Shown: positions 1 through 9,752, numbered from the stretch's first letter. The stretch: DNA of 64,000 nt from Myxococcota bacterium (GCA_965223705.1 OZ245015.1:1920001-1984000), one strand, 5' to 3'. Made by a program: numbers and translations. The notes: generated by a model not told the origin, from the sequence alone.

Positions 1-1
1 G

Positions 2-916
2 ATGGTGGGCACGGCCGGACTACCCCATGTGTTGATCCGTTTCTACACCGTGAAGACCGCTCGCGCGGCACGCTGGAGCGCCGCCTGGGCGCTGGTCTTC
101 ATCGCGATCCTCTACACGACGGCGCCGGCGGTCGCGGCGTTTGCGCGCGTCAACATGATCCAGTCGCTTCACGGCGTCGCCTATGCCGACGCGCCGGAGT
201 GGTTCAAGACGTGGGAAGTGACCGGCCTGATCGGTTTCGAAGATCGCGATGGCGACGGCGTCATCCGCTACAGCGAGGATGCTGACAGCGAACTCCGAAT
301 CGATCGCGACATCATGGTGCTCGCCAACCCCGAGATCGCGCGATTGCCGGCGTGGGTCGTTGCGCTCCTCGCGGCTGGGGCGCTCGCAGCGGCTCTCTCG
401 ACGGCGGCAGCACTCCTGCTGGTCATTGCGTCCGCCGTCTCGCACGACCTCGCGAAATCGATCTTCCTGCCGGACATGACCGAGAAGAATGAGCTCCGTC
501 TGGCCCGGGTATCGGCGGGCGCGGCCGTGCTCGTCGCCGGCGTCCTCGGCATCTATCCGCCGGCCTACGTCGCCGAGGTCGTCGCATTCGCCTTCGGGCT
601 CGCCGCGGCGAGCTTTTTCCCGGTCTTGGTGCTCGGAATCTTCGCGAAACGAACGACGAAGGAAGGGGCCATCGCCGGCATGTTGTCGGGGCTCCTGCTG
701 ACGACCGGTTACATCGTCTACTTCCGCTTCATCGAGCGCGATGCGGGCGCCGAAGCCTGGTGGTTCGGGATCAGCCCCCAGGGCATCGGTTCGATCGGGA
801 TGCTGGTGAACTTCGCGGTGGCCATGCTGGTGAGCCGGGTGACCCCGCCGCCCCCCGAGCACGTTCAAGAGCTGGTCGAGCGAGTTCGTCTGCCCGGCGA
901 GCGGGGAACTCAGTAG
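2..916 (+). CDS. Sodium:solute symporter (ActP/VC_2705-like), 5'-truncated by window edge
   Basis: MVGTAGLPHVLIRFYTV motif, many hydrophobic helices, DRDGDG loop, SAVSHDL and AFGLAAASFFP SSS-family motifs. Confidence 0.88.
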   Translation: MVGTAGLPHVLIRFYTVKTARAARWSAAWALVFIAILYTTAPAVAAFARVNMIQSLHGVAYADAPEWFKTWEVTGLIGFEDRDGDGVIRYSEDADSELRIDRDIMVLANPEIARLPAWVVALLAAGALAAALSTAAALLLVIASAVSHDLAKSIFLPDMTEKNELRLARVSAGAAVLVAGVLGIYPPAYVAEVVAFAFGLAAASFFPVLVLGIFAKRTTKEGAIAGMLSGLLLTTGYIVYFRFIERDAGAEAWWFGISPQGIGSIGMLVNFAVAMLVSRVTPPPPEHVQELVERVRLPGERGTQ

Positions 917-926
917 CGCTCGCCGT

Positions 927-950
927 GGGTTCAGGAAAAGCCCGTTTTTT
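927..950 (+). terminator. Possible weak intrinsic terminator
   Basis: GGGTT...AGCCC short stem followed by T6 just after the symporter stop. Confidence 0.3.
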
Positions 951-973
951 CCGTTGGTTATACTGAGTTTCGG

Positions 974-1471
974 ATGCGATTGATCCTTTTTCGACACGGG
1001 CCGGCGGAACCTCGCGAGAACTATCGCGGGGGCGCGGACGCGGGCCGCCCGCTCACCGCAGAAGGTCGGTCGAAGACGCGCCAGGCGGCCCGCGGCCTCG
1101 GGCGGCAACTCGATCGCGTCACCGACATCCTGACGAGCCCGTACGTGCGGGCGCGCGAAACGGCCGACATCCTCGCGACTGTGTTCGAGGTCGCCGTCGT
1201 CGAATTCGAGGGACTCGCGCCCGGCGACGAGGCCGCGCGACTCGAAACCTGGCTGGCGGAGCGCCCGCCGGACACGGTTGCGATCGCGGTCGGACACGAG
1301 CCCGGTCTCGGCGACGCCGCGAGCTTTTTCTTGGCGGGTCGCACCACGGGCTTCGCTCCGCTGAAGAAAGCCGGGGCGATCGCGCTCGGGTTTGATGAAA
1401 AGCCGGCTTCTGGGAACGCTTGGCTCGAGTTCGCGATGACCGGGAAGCAGCTCCGACGGGCGGCGTCATGA
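974..1471 (+). CDS. sixA: Phosphohistidine phosphatase SixA family
   Basis: RHG motif, RPLT..G, TSPYVRARETA, VGHEP. Confidence 0.88.
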   Translation: MRLILFRHGPAEPRENYRGGADAGRPLTAEGRSKTRQAARGLGRQLDRVTDILTSPYVRARETADILATVFEVAVVEFEGLAPGDEAARLETWLAERPPDTVAIAVGHEPGLGDAASFFLAGRTTGFAPLKKAGAIALGFDEKPASGNAWLEFAMTGKQLRRAAS

Positions 1472-2952
1472 CCCAGCCCGTCGCGCTGTCGGCGTTGCCG
1501 GACGACTTGCTCGAACGCGCCGCGGAGGAGGGCGCCCGTCGTGTGGCCCTGGTTCTTCTCGAACGCGCGGAAGGCCGACTCGCAGCCCTCGAAGCCGGCG
1601 ATGATCCCGAAGCCCTTCACGACTTCCGCGTGGCGATCCGCCGGTTGCGCAGCTGGCTGCGCTCCTTCCCCGACGAGCTCGGTCGCGAGCGCATGCACAA
1701 GGCGGAGATCGCCCTCGGCGTGCTGACGCAAAACACGGGCGGTGCGCGCGACGCCGAAGTCCAACTCGAGTGGCTGGCGGAGCGTCGGGGGGCCATCGCG
1801 CGCTCCCAACGCGCTGGCTTCCGACATCTCGAGGAGCGTCTCACCGAGCGAACGGAGCGCGCGTACGCCGAACTCGATCGCGGCGTCGCGGAGGGGTTTC
1901 GTTCTCTCGCGAAAGAACTGCGCGGACACCTTCGCGAGTACCGCGCGAGGATTCAGCCGGCGGGAAGTCCGGGGGGCTTCGCCGCGACCTTGGTCACGCG
2001 GCTCGAAGAACAGTGCGATGTCCTGGCGAGCGATCTGGAAGCGATCGATGGGCCTTCGGATCTCGCCCAAGCGCATCGCGCTCGGATCGAGGTGAAGCGC
2101 CTCCGCTACCTCCTCGAGCCCATCGCGGCTCACGTCAAAGGAGCCAAGCCGGCGATCAAACGCCTCAAGGCGCTTCAAGAAGTGCTCGGAGAGATGAACG
2201 ATCTCCGCGTCTTCGAGCAGACCTTGGCCCGCGAGTCGGAGCGCGAAGCGCTGCTCCGCGTCCAGGAATCGCTCGACCTTGCCCGAGCGGGCGACACCGC
2301 CGCCGTCGACAAACTCGGACGCGCCGGCCGCGAGCGCGAGCGCGGGATGCTCGCCGTCGCGACCCTCGTCGGGAAACGCATGCGGAAGCTCTTTGCCGAG
2401 CTTGCAAACGACTGGCTGCCGAACCGCGCAACACACGCGACGGCGCCCGTCGCTCGGGTTTGCCAGGCGCTCGGGTCAGCGGCCGGAGCTTCCCTCGAAG
2501 TGGAGCGGAAGTACTTGTTGCGCGGACTGCCCACCGAGGCCCGCCAAGTCGAGCCGACGGAGATTGAGCAGGGCTGGTTGCCCGGGGAGCAAGTGCGCGA
2601 GCGGCTGCGCCGCGCGGCGGGCCCGGTCGATGAGCGCTTCACACGCACCGTCAAGCTCGGGAGCGGTCTCCGCCGGGCCGAGTTCGAAGAAGAAATCCAC
2701 GCCGAACTCTTTTCGCAGTTGTGGCCTCTCACTGCGGGATGTCGCGTGCGGAAACGCAGGTATCGGATCGAAGTCGACGGACACACGTGGGAGATCGACG
2801 AGTTCCTCGATCGCGAGCTGTTTCTCGCCGAAGTCGAGTTCCCCGCCGACGACGCCGAGGCGCGCGCTCCGATCCCGGCGTGGCTCGAGCACTTCATCGT
2901 GCGCGAGGTCACCGAGGACTCGCGCTACACGAACTTGCAGCTGGCCCGCTAG
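1468..2952 (+). CDS. CHAD domain-CYTH domain fusion protein
   Basis: LHDFRVAIRRLRS and H.ARI.VKRLRY, LQEVLGEMND (CHAD); C-terminal EVERKYL, WEIDEF, LAEVEF, EVTED..YTN (CYTH). Start placed at the ATG overlapping the sixA stop (ATGA). Confidence 0.88.
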   Translation: MTQPVALSALPDDLLERAAEEGARRVALVLLERAEGRLAALEAGDDPEALHDFRVAIRRLRSWLRSFPDELGRERMHKAEIALGVLTQNTGGARDAEVQLEWLAERRGAIARSQRAGFRHLEERLTERTERAYAELDRGVAEGFRSLAKELRGHLREYRARIQPAGSPGGFAATLVTRLEEQCDVLASDLEAIDGPSDLAQAHRARIEVKRLRYLLEPIAAHVKGAKPAIKRLKALQEVLGEMNDLRVFEQTLARESEREALLRVQESLDLARAGDTAAVDKLGRAGRERERGMLAVATLVGKRMRKLFAELANDWLPNRATHATAPVARVCQALGSAAGASLEVERKYLLRGLPTEARQVEPTEIEQGWLPGEQVRERLRRAAGPVDERFTRTVKLGSGLRRAEFEEEIHAELFSQLWPLTAGCRVRKRRYRIEVDGHTWEIDEFLDRELFLAEVEFPADDAEARAPIPAWLEHFIVREVTEDSRYTNLQLAR

Positions 2953-3043
2953 GGTCGAGCCTAAGGGGTGCGGGCGGGGAGGCCGATGTAGCTTGGACGT
3001 TCGCCTCGACTGCGCTAGCACTTCGGGCGATGGGGAGATGCGC

Positions 3044-3310
3044 ATGATTCGACAACGCGAAACGCAGAGAATCCGCCGCGGACGCGTAAGCACCGCTGTC
3101 ATCGCCGCGGTTTTTAGCGCCGCGTTGGTCCTTCCCGGCCAGGCGTGGGCTCACGACCACGATCCCGAGCGCTCTGGGCACCCCTTGCGCATCCTTGCCT
3201 ACGCCCTGCACCCGGTGGGGTATGTGATCGATCTGGTGGTCTTCCGGCCGTTCCACTGGTTGGGTCATCAGAACGGCGTCCGGGAAGTCTTCGGCCACGA
3301 CGACCGCTAG
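3044..3310 (+). CDS. Small exported/membrane hypothetical protein
   Basis: GGGGAG RBS before ATG 3044; basic N-terminus, hydrophobic stretch and AWA signal-peptidase site; GHPLRILAYALHPVG segment. Confidence 0.6.
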   Translation: MIRQRETQRIRRGRVSTAVIAAVFSAALVLPGQAWAHDHDPERSGHPLRILAYALHPVGYVIDLVVFRPFHWLGHQNGVREVFGHDDR

Positions 3311-3379
3311 GCGGTCGCCGACCGAGCCTACCTGTGATCCACACCTTGGCCTCTCGGCTGAGGTCGGTATATTTTTTGC

Positions 3380-3889
3380 ATGAGGTACGGGTTCCTGTGC
3401 GCCGCGTTCGTGCTCCTATCCGCGATTGCGGTGGGGTCGCTCGGCGCGGAGTCTCCGTTTCAGCAGTTCGAGCTGACGCCCATGACGTACGTCGCCACCC
3501 AAGAGGGGCGCAACGAAGTGGTGCTGCAGGCGACCTACGCGCGCTACGAGCCCGAGGACAATCAAATCTCACTGCGCGACTTCACGGCCGTCATGTCCGA
3601 CGCAGACGGAGGCAAGACGTTCGAGCTGAGCGCCACCCAGGGCCGAATCGATCTCGACACCTCGGCATTCACCGCGGAGGGAACGGTCCGCGGGGAGACG
3701 GCCGATGGCCGCCGTTTGGAGACCGATCGCATGGAGTACCAGCAAGCGACCGGCAAGGTCTCGACGGATTCTCCGGTCCTCATTCGCGAAGGGGGAATCG
3801 CGTACCGAGGTCGCAAAGGTTTCATTTATGAAGTGAGGAAGGGGCGTTTCCGCTTACTCGGAGGAGCAAGTGTGGAGCAGCACCGGTGA
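3380..3889 (+). CDS. lptC: LPS export protein LptC
   Basis: N-terminal TM, beta-jellyroll-like sequence (LETDRMEY, STDSPV), position ahead of lptA/lptB. Confidence 0.75.
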   Translation: MRYGFLCAAFVLLSAIAVGSLGAESPFQQFELTPMTYVATQEGRNEVVLQATYARYEPEDNQISLRDFTAVMSDADGGKTFELSATQGRIDLDTSAFTAEGTVRGETADGRRLETDRMEYQQATGKVSTDSPVLIREGGIAYRGRKGFIYEVRKGRFRLLGGASVEQHR

Positions 3890-4845
3890 CTAAACGTCCG
3901 ATCGGCAAGGTCTTCGCCGTCTTGGCGTCGATCTTGCTAACCGCATTGAGTGGATCGTCGGTTGAACCGAAAACACAACAGGCCGTGGGCGTCGTTCCGT
4001 TTCGGGTCACCGCTCCGGCCGGCGCCAAGGTTCCGCGCGTTGCGACGCAACTGGCTCAGCGACTCGGCACGCTGGGCGTCGAGCGCGCTGTCGTGTTTGA
4101 GGGCGAGATTTCGCCGGCACTGCTGGCGGGTGACGCCGGGGCAGTAGCCGCGGCGGGGAAGGCTACAGGGACGGACGTCGTGCTGTTGGGCAAGACCACG
4201 AAGTTGGGGAACCGCCTGAGTTTCGACGGTGAGCTGCGCTCCGTACGAACCGGAGCGCGGATCGGCAAGCCGTTTTTTGTGGAAAGCCCGTCGGACGAAG
4301 GTGCCGAGGTCGGTCGCATCGTCGACCTCCTCGCGAAGCGCGCGTTGGCCGAGCTCGGCGCTACGCAACAGGCGGCCGCCGAAGAGGACGAGCCGGACGG
4401 GTCTGCATCGCTCCTACCCACAGTCGGCGGGGGCGGGGGGCAGCCGGTTTCGATCAAGTCGGACGGACTCGAAGCGATCGAGAAAGACGGCAAGCGCCAT
4501 CTCCGCTTCTCGGGCAACGTGCGCGTGGTCCAGGGCGACATGACACTCCACTGCGACACCGCCGAGGCGTTTTATCCTCCCGGCGAGTCGCAGCCCGATC
4601 GCCTGGTCGCCACCGGGCAAGTCGTGATGCGCTCGGGCACCCGAGTCGCCCGTTGCGAGGAAGCGACCTTCATTCGCGATCGCGACCTGGTGGTGTGCGC
4701 CCGCAACGCCCGGGTCGACGACGGCTGCGATCGCATCACGGCGAACGAAATCCATTTCAATACGCGCAAGGAAACGTTCTCGGCGCGCGACAACGTGCAG
4801 GTGCAGATGAACCGCGACGCGCCCGGGTGCGGAGAGGCGCGATGA
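3886..4845 (+). CDS. lptA: LptA/OstA-domain protein with extra N-terminal alpha/beta domain
   Basis: C-terminal PVSIKSDGLE..FSGNVRVVQGDMTLHCD OstA signature; lies between lptC and lptB; ~170 extra N-terminal residues. Confidence 0.75.
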   Translation: MTKRPIGKVFAVLASILLTALSGSSVEPKTQQAVGVVPFRVTAPAGAKVPRVATQLAQRLGTLGVERAVVFEGEISPALLAGDAGAVAAAGKATGTDVVLLGKTTKLGNRLSFDGELRSVRTGARIGKPFFVESPSDEGAEVGRIVDLLAKRALAELGATQQAAAEEDEPDGSASLLPTVGGGGGQPVSIKSDGLEAIEKDGKRHLRFSGNVRVVQGDMTLHCDTAEAFYPPGESQPDRLVATGQVVMRSGTRVARCEEATFIRDRDLVVCARNARVDDGCDRITANEIHFNTRKETFSARDNVQVQMNRDAPGCGEAR

Positions 4846-5576
4846 CCGCGGGCCACGCACTTTCCGCACACGGCCTGACGAAGCGCTTCGGCTCGAAAGA
4901 AGTGGTGCGGGGGCTCAACCTGGCGGTGATGCCCGGCGAAGTGGTCGGCCTCCTGGGCCCGAACGGCGCGGGGAAGACGACGAGCTTCAACATGATTGTC
5001 GGCGGGCTCCGTCCGACCTCCGGCGCCGTTCATCTCGACGGAAAAGACGTGACGCGGCTCCCGATGTATCGGCGTGCGCGCCTCGGCATCGTGTATCTGC
5101 CCCAGGAGGCGTCGGTCTTCCGCCGTTTGTCCGTCGCCGACAACATCAACGCGATTCTCGAGACCGTGCAGCCCGACCGCCGACTCCGGCGCGAGCGGTT
5201 GCGCGATCTGCTGACGGAGCTCGGTCTCCGAGACAAGGCCCGCCAGCGCGCGGAATCCCTTTCTGGAGGCGAGCGACGCCGGGTCGAGATCGCGCGGGCG
5301 CTGGTGCTCGACCCGAAATTCCTGCTTCTCGACGAGCCCTTCACGGGCATCGACCCGATCGCCGTGATCGACATCCAGAAGATCGTCTCCCAGCTGAAAG
5401 AACGAGGGATCGGCGTCGTCATCACGGAACACAAAGTCCGCGAGGCGCTCGAGATCTGCGATCGGGCGTACATCATCAAGGACGGCGCGGTCATTCGGCA
5501 GGGGCGACCCGAAGAAATCGCCGCGGATCCCCAGGTGAGAGAAATCTACCTGGGCCAGAACTTCAGGCTCGGCTAA
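4842..5576 (+). CDS. lptB: LPS export ABC ATPase LptB
   Basis: GPNGAGKTT, YLPQEASVFRRLSV, LSGGERRRVEIARAL, LLDEPF, YLG C-terminus; ATG overlaps the lptA stop. Confidence 0.95.
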   Translation: MTAGHALSAHGLTKRFGSKEVVRGLNLAVMPGEVVGLLGPNGAGKTTSFNMIVGGLRPTSGAVHLDGKDVTRLPMYRRARLGIVYLPQEASVFRRLSVADNINAILETVQPDRRLRRERLRDLLTELGLRDKARQRAESLSGGERRRVEIARALVLDPKFLLLDEPFTGIDPIAVIDIQKIVSQLKERGIGVVITEHKVREALEICDRAYIIKDGAVIRQGRPEEIAADPQVREIYLGQNFRLG

Positions 5577-5581
5577 CCGCG

Positions 5582-7042
5582 ATGGCCATCGAGCTCAAGC
5601 AACAACTCAAGCTCTCCCAGCAGCTGGTCATGACGCCGCAGCTGCAGCAGGCGATCAAGCTGCTGCAGTTGTCGCGCCTCGAGCTCGTCAACATGGTCAA
5701 TCAAGAACTCCAGGAGAACCCGGTTCTCGAGGAGGGCATCGAAGCCGACGAAGAGTTGCCGAGCGAGGTGCAGGCCGAGGCGGAAGCTCCCGATGAATCG
5801 CTCTCACAGGCGGCTTCGGAGCCCGGCGAGTCCCGCGAGCCGACCGATCTCGAGAAGATCGCGGACGTCGACTGGCAGAACTACATGGACGCCTTCCCGC
5901 AGACCGGGATGGGTGTCGTCCGCGACGACGACGAGCGGCCTTCGTTCGAAGCCACGCTGACCCGGCGGCCGACGCTTGCCGAGCATCTGGAATGGCAGCT
6001 CCAGATGGCGGGCGTCTGCGAGAAGACCAAGGAAGCGGCCAGCTGGATCATCGGCAACCTCGACGAGCGGGGCTATCTGATGACCAGCCTCGACGAGATC
6101 GCCGAACAGTCCGGGGTTTCGGCGGAGTGGCTGCAGCCCGCTCTGCTGGCGGTGCAGGCCTTCGATCCGGCCGGAGTCGCTGCGCGCGATCTCGCGGAAT
6201 GCCTGACGCTTCAGCTCGACGCGCTGGGCGAGCGAGACCCGCTGGTCCGGGCCCTGGCCGCCGAGCATCTGGACGAGCTCCAGAAGAAGGATTACCGCAA
6301 GATCGCGAAGTTGCGGGATGTCTCTGTCGAGGAAGTCTCGGCGGCGGCGAAGGTCTTGGCGCAGCTCGATCCCCGGCCGGGGCGCCCGTTCGGCGGGGAC
6401 GAGCCGGTCTACATCACACCCGACATCTACGTCTACAAGGTCGGAGACGACTACCACGTCCTACTGAACGAAGACGGGCTCCCGAAGCTCCGCATCAACA
6501 ACGTCTATCGCGGGGTGCTGGCCCGAGAGCGGGGTGAGGTCCCGAAGGAGACCCGCGAGTACGTCCAGGACAAGGTGCGTTCGGCGGTCTGGCTCATCAA
6601 ATCGATCCACCAGCGGCAACGGACGATCTACAAGGTGATGCAGAGCATCATCAAATTTCAGCGCGATTTCTTCGATCGCGGAATCAGCCAGCTCAAGCCG
6701 CTCAATCTGCGCGATATCGCCGAGGATATCGAGATGCACGAGTCCACGGTGAGTCGGGTCACGTCGAACAAATACGCCCACACACCCCAGGGCATCTTCG
6801 AGCTCAAGTACTTTTTCAACTCGAGCATCAGCCGGGTCGACGGAGACGCCATCGCGAGCGAGAGCGTCAAGGAGAAGATCCGGAAGATCATCGCCGCGGA
6901 GGACGGTCGCCGGCCCCTTTCCGATCAGCGAATCTCCGAGATGCTGCGGCGTCTCAACATCGACATCGCACGGCGCACGGTGACAAAATACCGCGAGTCG
7001 ATGAACATATTGTCTTCGACCCGACGCCGACAGGTCGGCTGA
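5582..7042 (+). CDS. rpoN: RNA polymerase sigma-54 factor
   Basis: QQLVMTPQLQQAIKLLQL region I, HESTVSRV HTH, ARRTVTKYRE RpoN box. Confidence 0.97.
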   Translation: MAIELKQQLKLSQQLVMTPQLQQAIKLLQLSRLELVNMVNQELQENPVLEEGIEADEELPSEVQAEAEAPDESLSQAASEPGESREPTDLEKIADVDWQNYMDAFPQTGMGVVRDDDERPSFEATLTRRPTLAEHLEWQLQMAGVCEKTKEAASWIIGNLDERGYLMTSLDEIAEQSGVSAEWLQPALLAVQAFDPAGVAARDLAECLTLQLDALGERDPLVRALAAEHLDELQKKDYRKIAKLRDVSVEEVSAAAKVLAQLDPRPGRPFGGDEPVYITPDIYVYKVGDDYHVLLNEDGLPKLRINNVYRGVLARERGEVPKETREYVQDKVRSAVWLIKSIHQRQRTIYKVMQSIIKFQRDFFDRGISQLKPLNLRDIAEDIEMHESTVSRVTSNKYAHTPQGIFELKYFFNSSISRVDGDAIASESVKEKIRKIIAAEDGRRPLSDQRISEMLRRLNIDIARRTVTKYRESMNILSSTRRRQVG

Positions 7043-7077
7043 GCAGCTGGAGAAGGCCCGCGAATGAAGGCCACGCA

Positions 7078-7539
7078 ATGAAAGTCATGGATATCCTCGT
7101 GCGGGACGCGGTGATCCTCGACATCGAGGCCACCGAGAAAGCGGGCGTCTTGGAAGAGCTTTCCCGCGCACTGTCCCAGGCCGAGGGCTCGCTCGACGCG
7201 GTCCGCCTGTGCCAGGTGTTGGAAGAGCGCGAAGCCCTACAGAGCACGGGCATCGGCGACGGTGTCGCGATTCCCCACGGCAAGATCGCCGGCTTGCCGC
7301 GCTTGATGGCGTCGTTTGCGCGAAGCAAACCAGGTGTCGACTTCGAATCGATCGACGGCCAGCCGACCCAACTGTTTTTTCTCCTAGTGGTCCCAGAGCA
7401 TTCCGGTGGTCAGCACTTGAAAGCGCTGGCTCGCATCTCGCGCTTCTTCCGCGATGCCGCGTTCCGAAAGACGCTTCTCGAGGCGGGGAGCCTCGACGAC
7501 GTCTTCCGGGCCATCGAGGAAGAGGACGCCAAGTTTTAG
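7078..7539 (+). CDS. ptsN: PTS EIIA (Ntr/fructose-type)
   Basis: EREALQSTGIGDGVAIPHGK, HLKALARISR; downstream of rpoN. Confidence 0.9.
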   Translation: MKVMDILVRDAVILDIEATEKAGVLEELSRALSQAEGSLDAVRLCQVLEEREALQSTGIGDGVAIPHGKIAGLPRLMASFARSKPGVDFESIDGQPTQLFFLLVVPEHSGGQHLKALARISRFFRDAAFRKTLLEAGSLDDVFRAIEEEDAKF

Positions 7540-7551
7540 CAGCGACACCCG

Positions 7552-8088
7552 GTGAGCGAACGAACCCACGACGAAAAGATTCACGGTGATCTCGTCGAGG
7601 TTCACGGCGTGGGCATCCTCATCCTCGGCCCGAGTGGGTCCGGCAAGAGCGAAACGGCGCTCGAACTCGTGTCTCGGGGGCAGCGTCTCATCGCAGACGA
7701 TCTCGTGTGTGTCCGTCGCGAAGGTGATTACATCATCGGTCACTCGCCCGAACTCATCCGCCACCATGTCGCAATCCGCGGCTTGGGCATCCTCAACATC
7801 GCCGAGTTGTTTGGCCCGGGATCCGTCCGAGACGAAGCGCGGATCGATCTCGTATGTCGGTTCGAGCCCAGCCAGAGCCCGGATCGCTACGAGCGGCTCG
7901 GGCTTCGCCGCGAAGACGAGTCGATTCTCGGCGTGCCGGTACCGCGGGTGACGCTGCCCGCTCGGGTGATCGCGTCGCCCGCGACCCTTGTCGATGTCGC
8001 GGCGCGCGACCACGCGCATCGCCGCGCCGGAGAAGTCGCCGCCCAGTCGCTCGATCAGCGGGTGCGCCGCCGCCTGGGGCGGCGCTGA
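7552..8088 (+). CDS. hprK: HPr kinase/phosphorylase, short form (catalytic domain only)
   Basis: HGDLVEVHGVGILILGPSGSGKSETALELV..GQRLIADD, IRGLGILNI. Confidence 0.85.
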   Translation: MSERTHDEKIHGDLVEVHGVGILILGPSGSGKSETALELVSRGQRLIADDLVCVRREGDYIIGHSPELIRHHVAIRGLGILNIAELFGPGSVRDEARIDLVCRFEPSQSPDRYERLGLRREDESILGVPVPRVTLPARVIASPATLVDVAARDHAHRRAGEVAAQSLDQRVRRRLGRR

Positions 8089-8954
8089 TGGAGAAGGACG
8101 TCGAGGTCATCTTCGTGAGTGGCCTGTCGGGCAGCGGCAAAACGACGGCGATGGCCGCTCTCGAAGATCTGTCCTTCTACTGTGTCGACAACCTGCCGCC
8201 CGAGCTCGTCGATCAGTTCCTCGAGCTCTGCAGCCTCAAGTCGCCACCGATTCGCAAGATCGCGTTGGCGATCGACGGGCGCGAAGACGCGTTCCTATCC
8301 GGAGTGCCCGACGTCATCGACCGCTTGCGGGCGTCCGGTGCGTCGGTTCGCCTGCTCTGCCTCGACTGCGAAAACGACGCCCTGATCGACCGCTACCGGG
8401 AGACGCGCCGCGTTCACCCGCTGTCGCCGGAGGGTTCCGTGCAGGAGGGCATCGAGCGAGAGCGGCACCTGCTCCTCGAGGTCTTTCGCCGGGCGGATTT
8501 TCTCGTCGACACTTCCCGATTGAACGTGCATCAGCTCCGCGACACGGTGATCCAGTACGTCGCCGGGGGCAGTCGATCGATCGTGGTCAACCTCGTGTCC
8601 TTCGGTTTCCGCTCCGGGCCCCCGCACTCCGCCGAGCTTCTGTTCGACGTGCGTTTTCTGCCGAACCCGCATTTCGAAGCGTCCCTCCGCGACGAGACCG
8701 GCCGCAATCCCGCCGTCGCGGACTACGTCCTCAACAACGACCGCGCCGAGAGCTTCCTCGAGCGCCTCCGGGACTTGTTTCACTTCTTGCTACCGTTGTA
8801 CGAGACCGAGGGAAAAGCGTATTTGACCATCGGCATCGGGTGCACCGGGGGGCAGCACCGCTCGGTCGCCGTGGTGGAGAAGCTGGCGGAGGAGCTCCGC
8901 CTGGAAGGGCGAGAAGTGAACGTCAGCCACCGCGACTCGAGACCCTCCGAGTAG
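8088..8954 (+). CDS. rapZ: RNase adapter RapZ/YvcJ
   Basis: SGLSGSGKT, FYCVDNLP, RYRETRRVHPL, FDVRFLPNPHF, GCTGGQHRSV; ATG 8088 overlaps the hprK stop. Confidence 0.93.
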   Translation: MEKDVEVIFVSGLSGSGKTTAMAALEDLSFYCVDNLPPELVDQFLELCSLKSPPIRKIALAIDGREDAFLSGVPDVIDRLRASGASVRLLCLDCENDALIDRYRETRRVHPLSPEGSVQEGIERERHLLLEVFRRADFLVDTSRLNVHQLRDTVIQYVAGGSRSIVVNLVSFGFRSGPPHSAELLFDVRFLPNPHFEASLRDETGRNPAVADYVLNNDRAESFLERLRDLFHFLLPLYETEGKAYLTIGIGCTGGQHRSVAVVEKLAEELRLEGREVNVSHRDSRPSE

Positions 8955-9018
8955 GCTGCTGGAGCGGGTCGTCATGCTGAACGAGCGGCGGGTTGAGGGT
9001 CAAGGGGTTGAGGGTTAA

Positions 9019-9456
9019 GTGATGGGCGAAGCGAACGGGCTCAAAGTCGGTGTCTTGATCGTCGCCCACTACCGGTTGGGCGAGGAGTTCCTCCAAGCCC
9101 TGCGCCTGATTCTGCCCGAGGCAGAAGGCTTCGCGGCCGTGGGCATCCGCCCCGATCAGTCTCTCGACGACATGCGACAAGAGATCCAGGAAGCCCTCCG
9201 GAAAGCCGACTGCGGCGAGGGCGTGCTGATTCTGACCGATATGTTCGGCGGCACGCCGTCGAATATCAGTCTCTCCTTTCACGCGGAGCACCGTGTGGAG
9301 GTCGTCACGGGAATGAATCTGCCGATGCTGATCAAGCTCGCGACGCTCGCAGAAGACAAGAGCCTCGAAGAGCTCGCCGGTTTCATCAAAGACTACGGGC
9401 GGCGGAACATTTCGGTGGCGAGCGAGCTCCTTCCCGCCGGCGAAGAGCCGTCGTGA
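9019..9456 (+). CDS. PTS mannose-type EIIA component
   Basis: VLIVAH, GVLILTDMFGGTPSN, VVTGMNLPML. Confidence 0.88.
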   Translation: MMGEANGLKVGVLIVAHYRLGEEFLQALRLILPEAEGFAAVGIRPDQSLDDMRQEIQEALRKADCGEGVLILTDMFGGTPSNISLSFHAEHRVEVVTGMNLPMLIKLATLAEDKSLEELAGFIKDYGRRNISVASELLPAGEEPS

Positions 9457-9752
9457 GCGACGACTGGGTCGAGATCGTCTGCCGGGTCAACAACGAGCTG
9501 GGCCTCCACGCACGGCCCGCGGGCCGGTTGGCGGCGCTGGCTTCGACGTTCGAGGCCGAGATCGAACTCGCCACGCACGATGAGTGGGTGAACGCCCAGA
9601 GCGTCTTGTCGCTTCTGTCCCTCGCTGCGAGCTCCGGCGTCGAGGTGCGCGTCCGCGCTCGAGGAGGCGATGCCGACGAAGCCCTTGCCGCGATCGCCCA
9701 GCTCTTCGACAATCTCGACGGCGACCCCGATACTGCGGGCGCTTCGGCGTAG
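9453..9752 (+). CDS. ptsH: Phosphocarrier protein HPr
   Basis: NELGLHARPA (His15) and VNAQSVLSLL (Ser46). Confidence 0.9.
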   Translation: MSDDWVEIVCRVNNELGLHARPAGRLAALASTFEAEIELATHDEWVNAQSVLSLLSLAASSGVEVRVRARGGDADEALAAIAQLFDNLDGDPDTAGASA

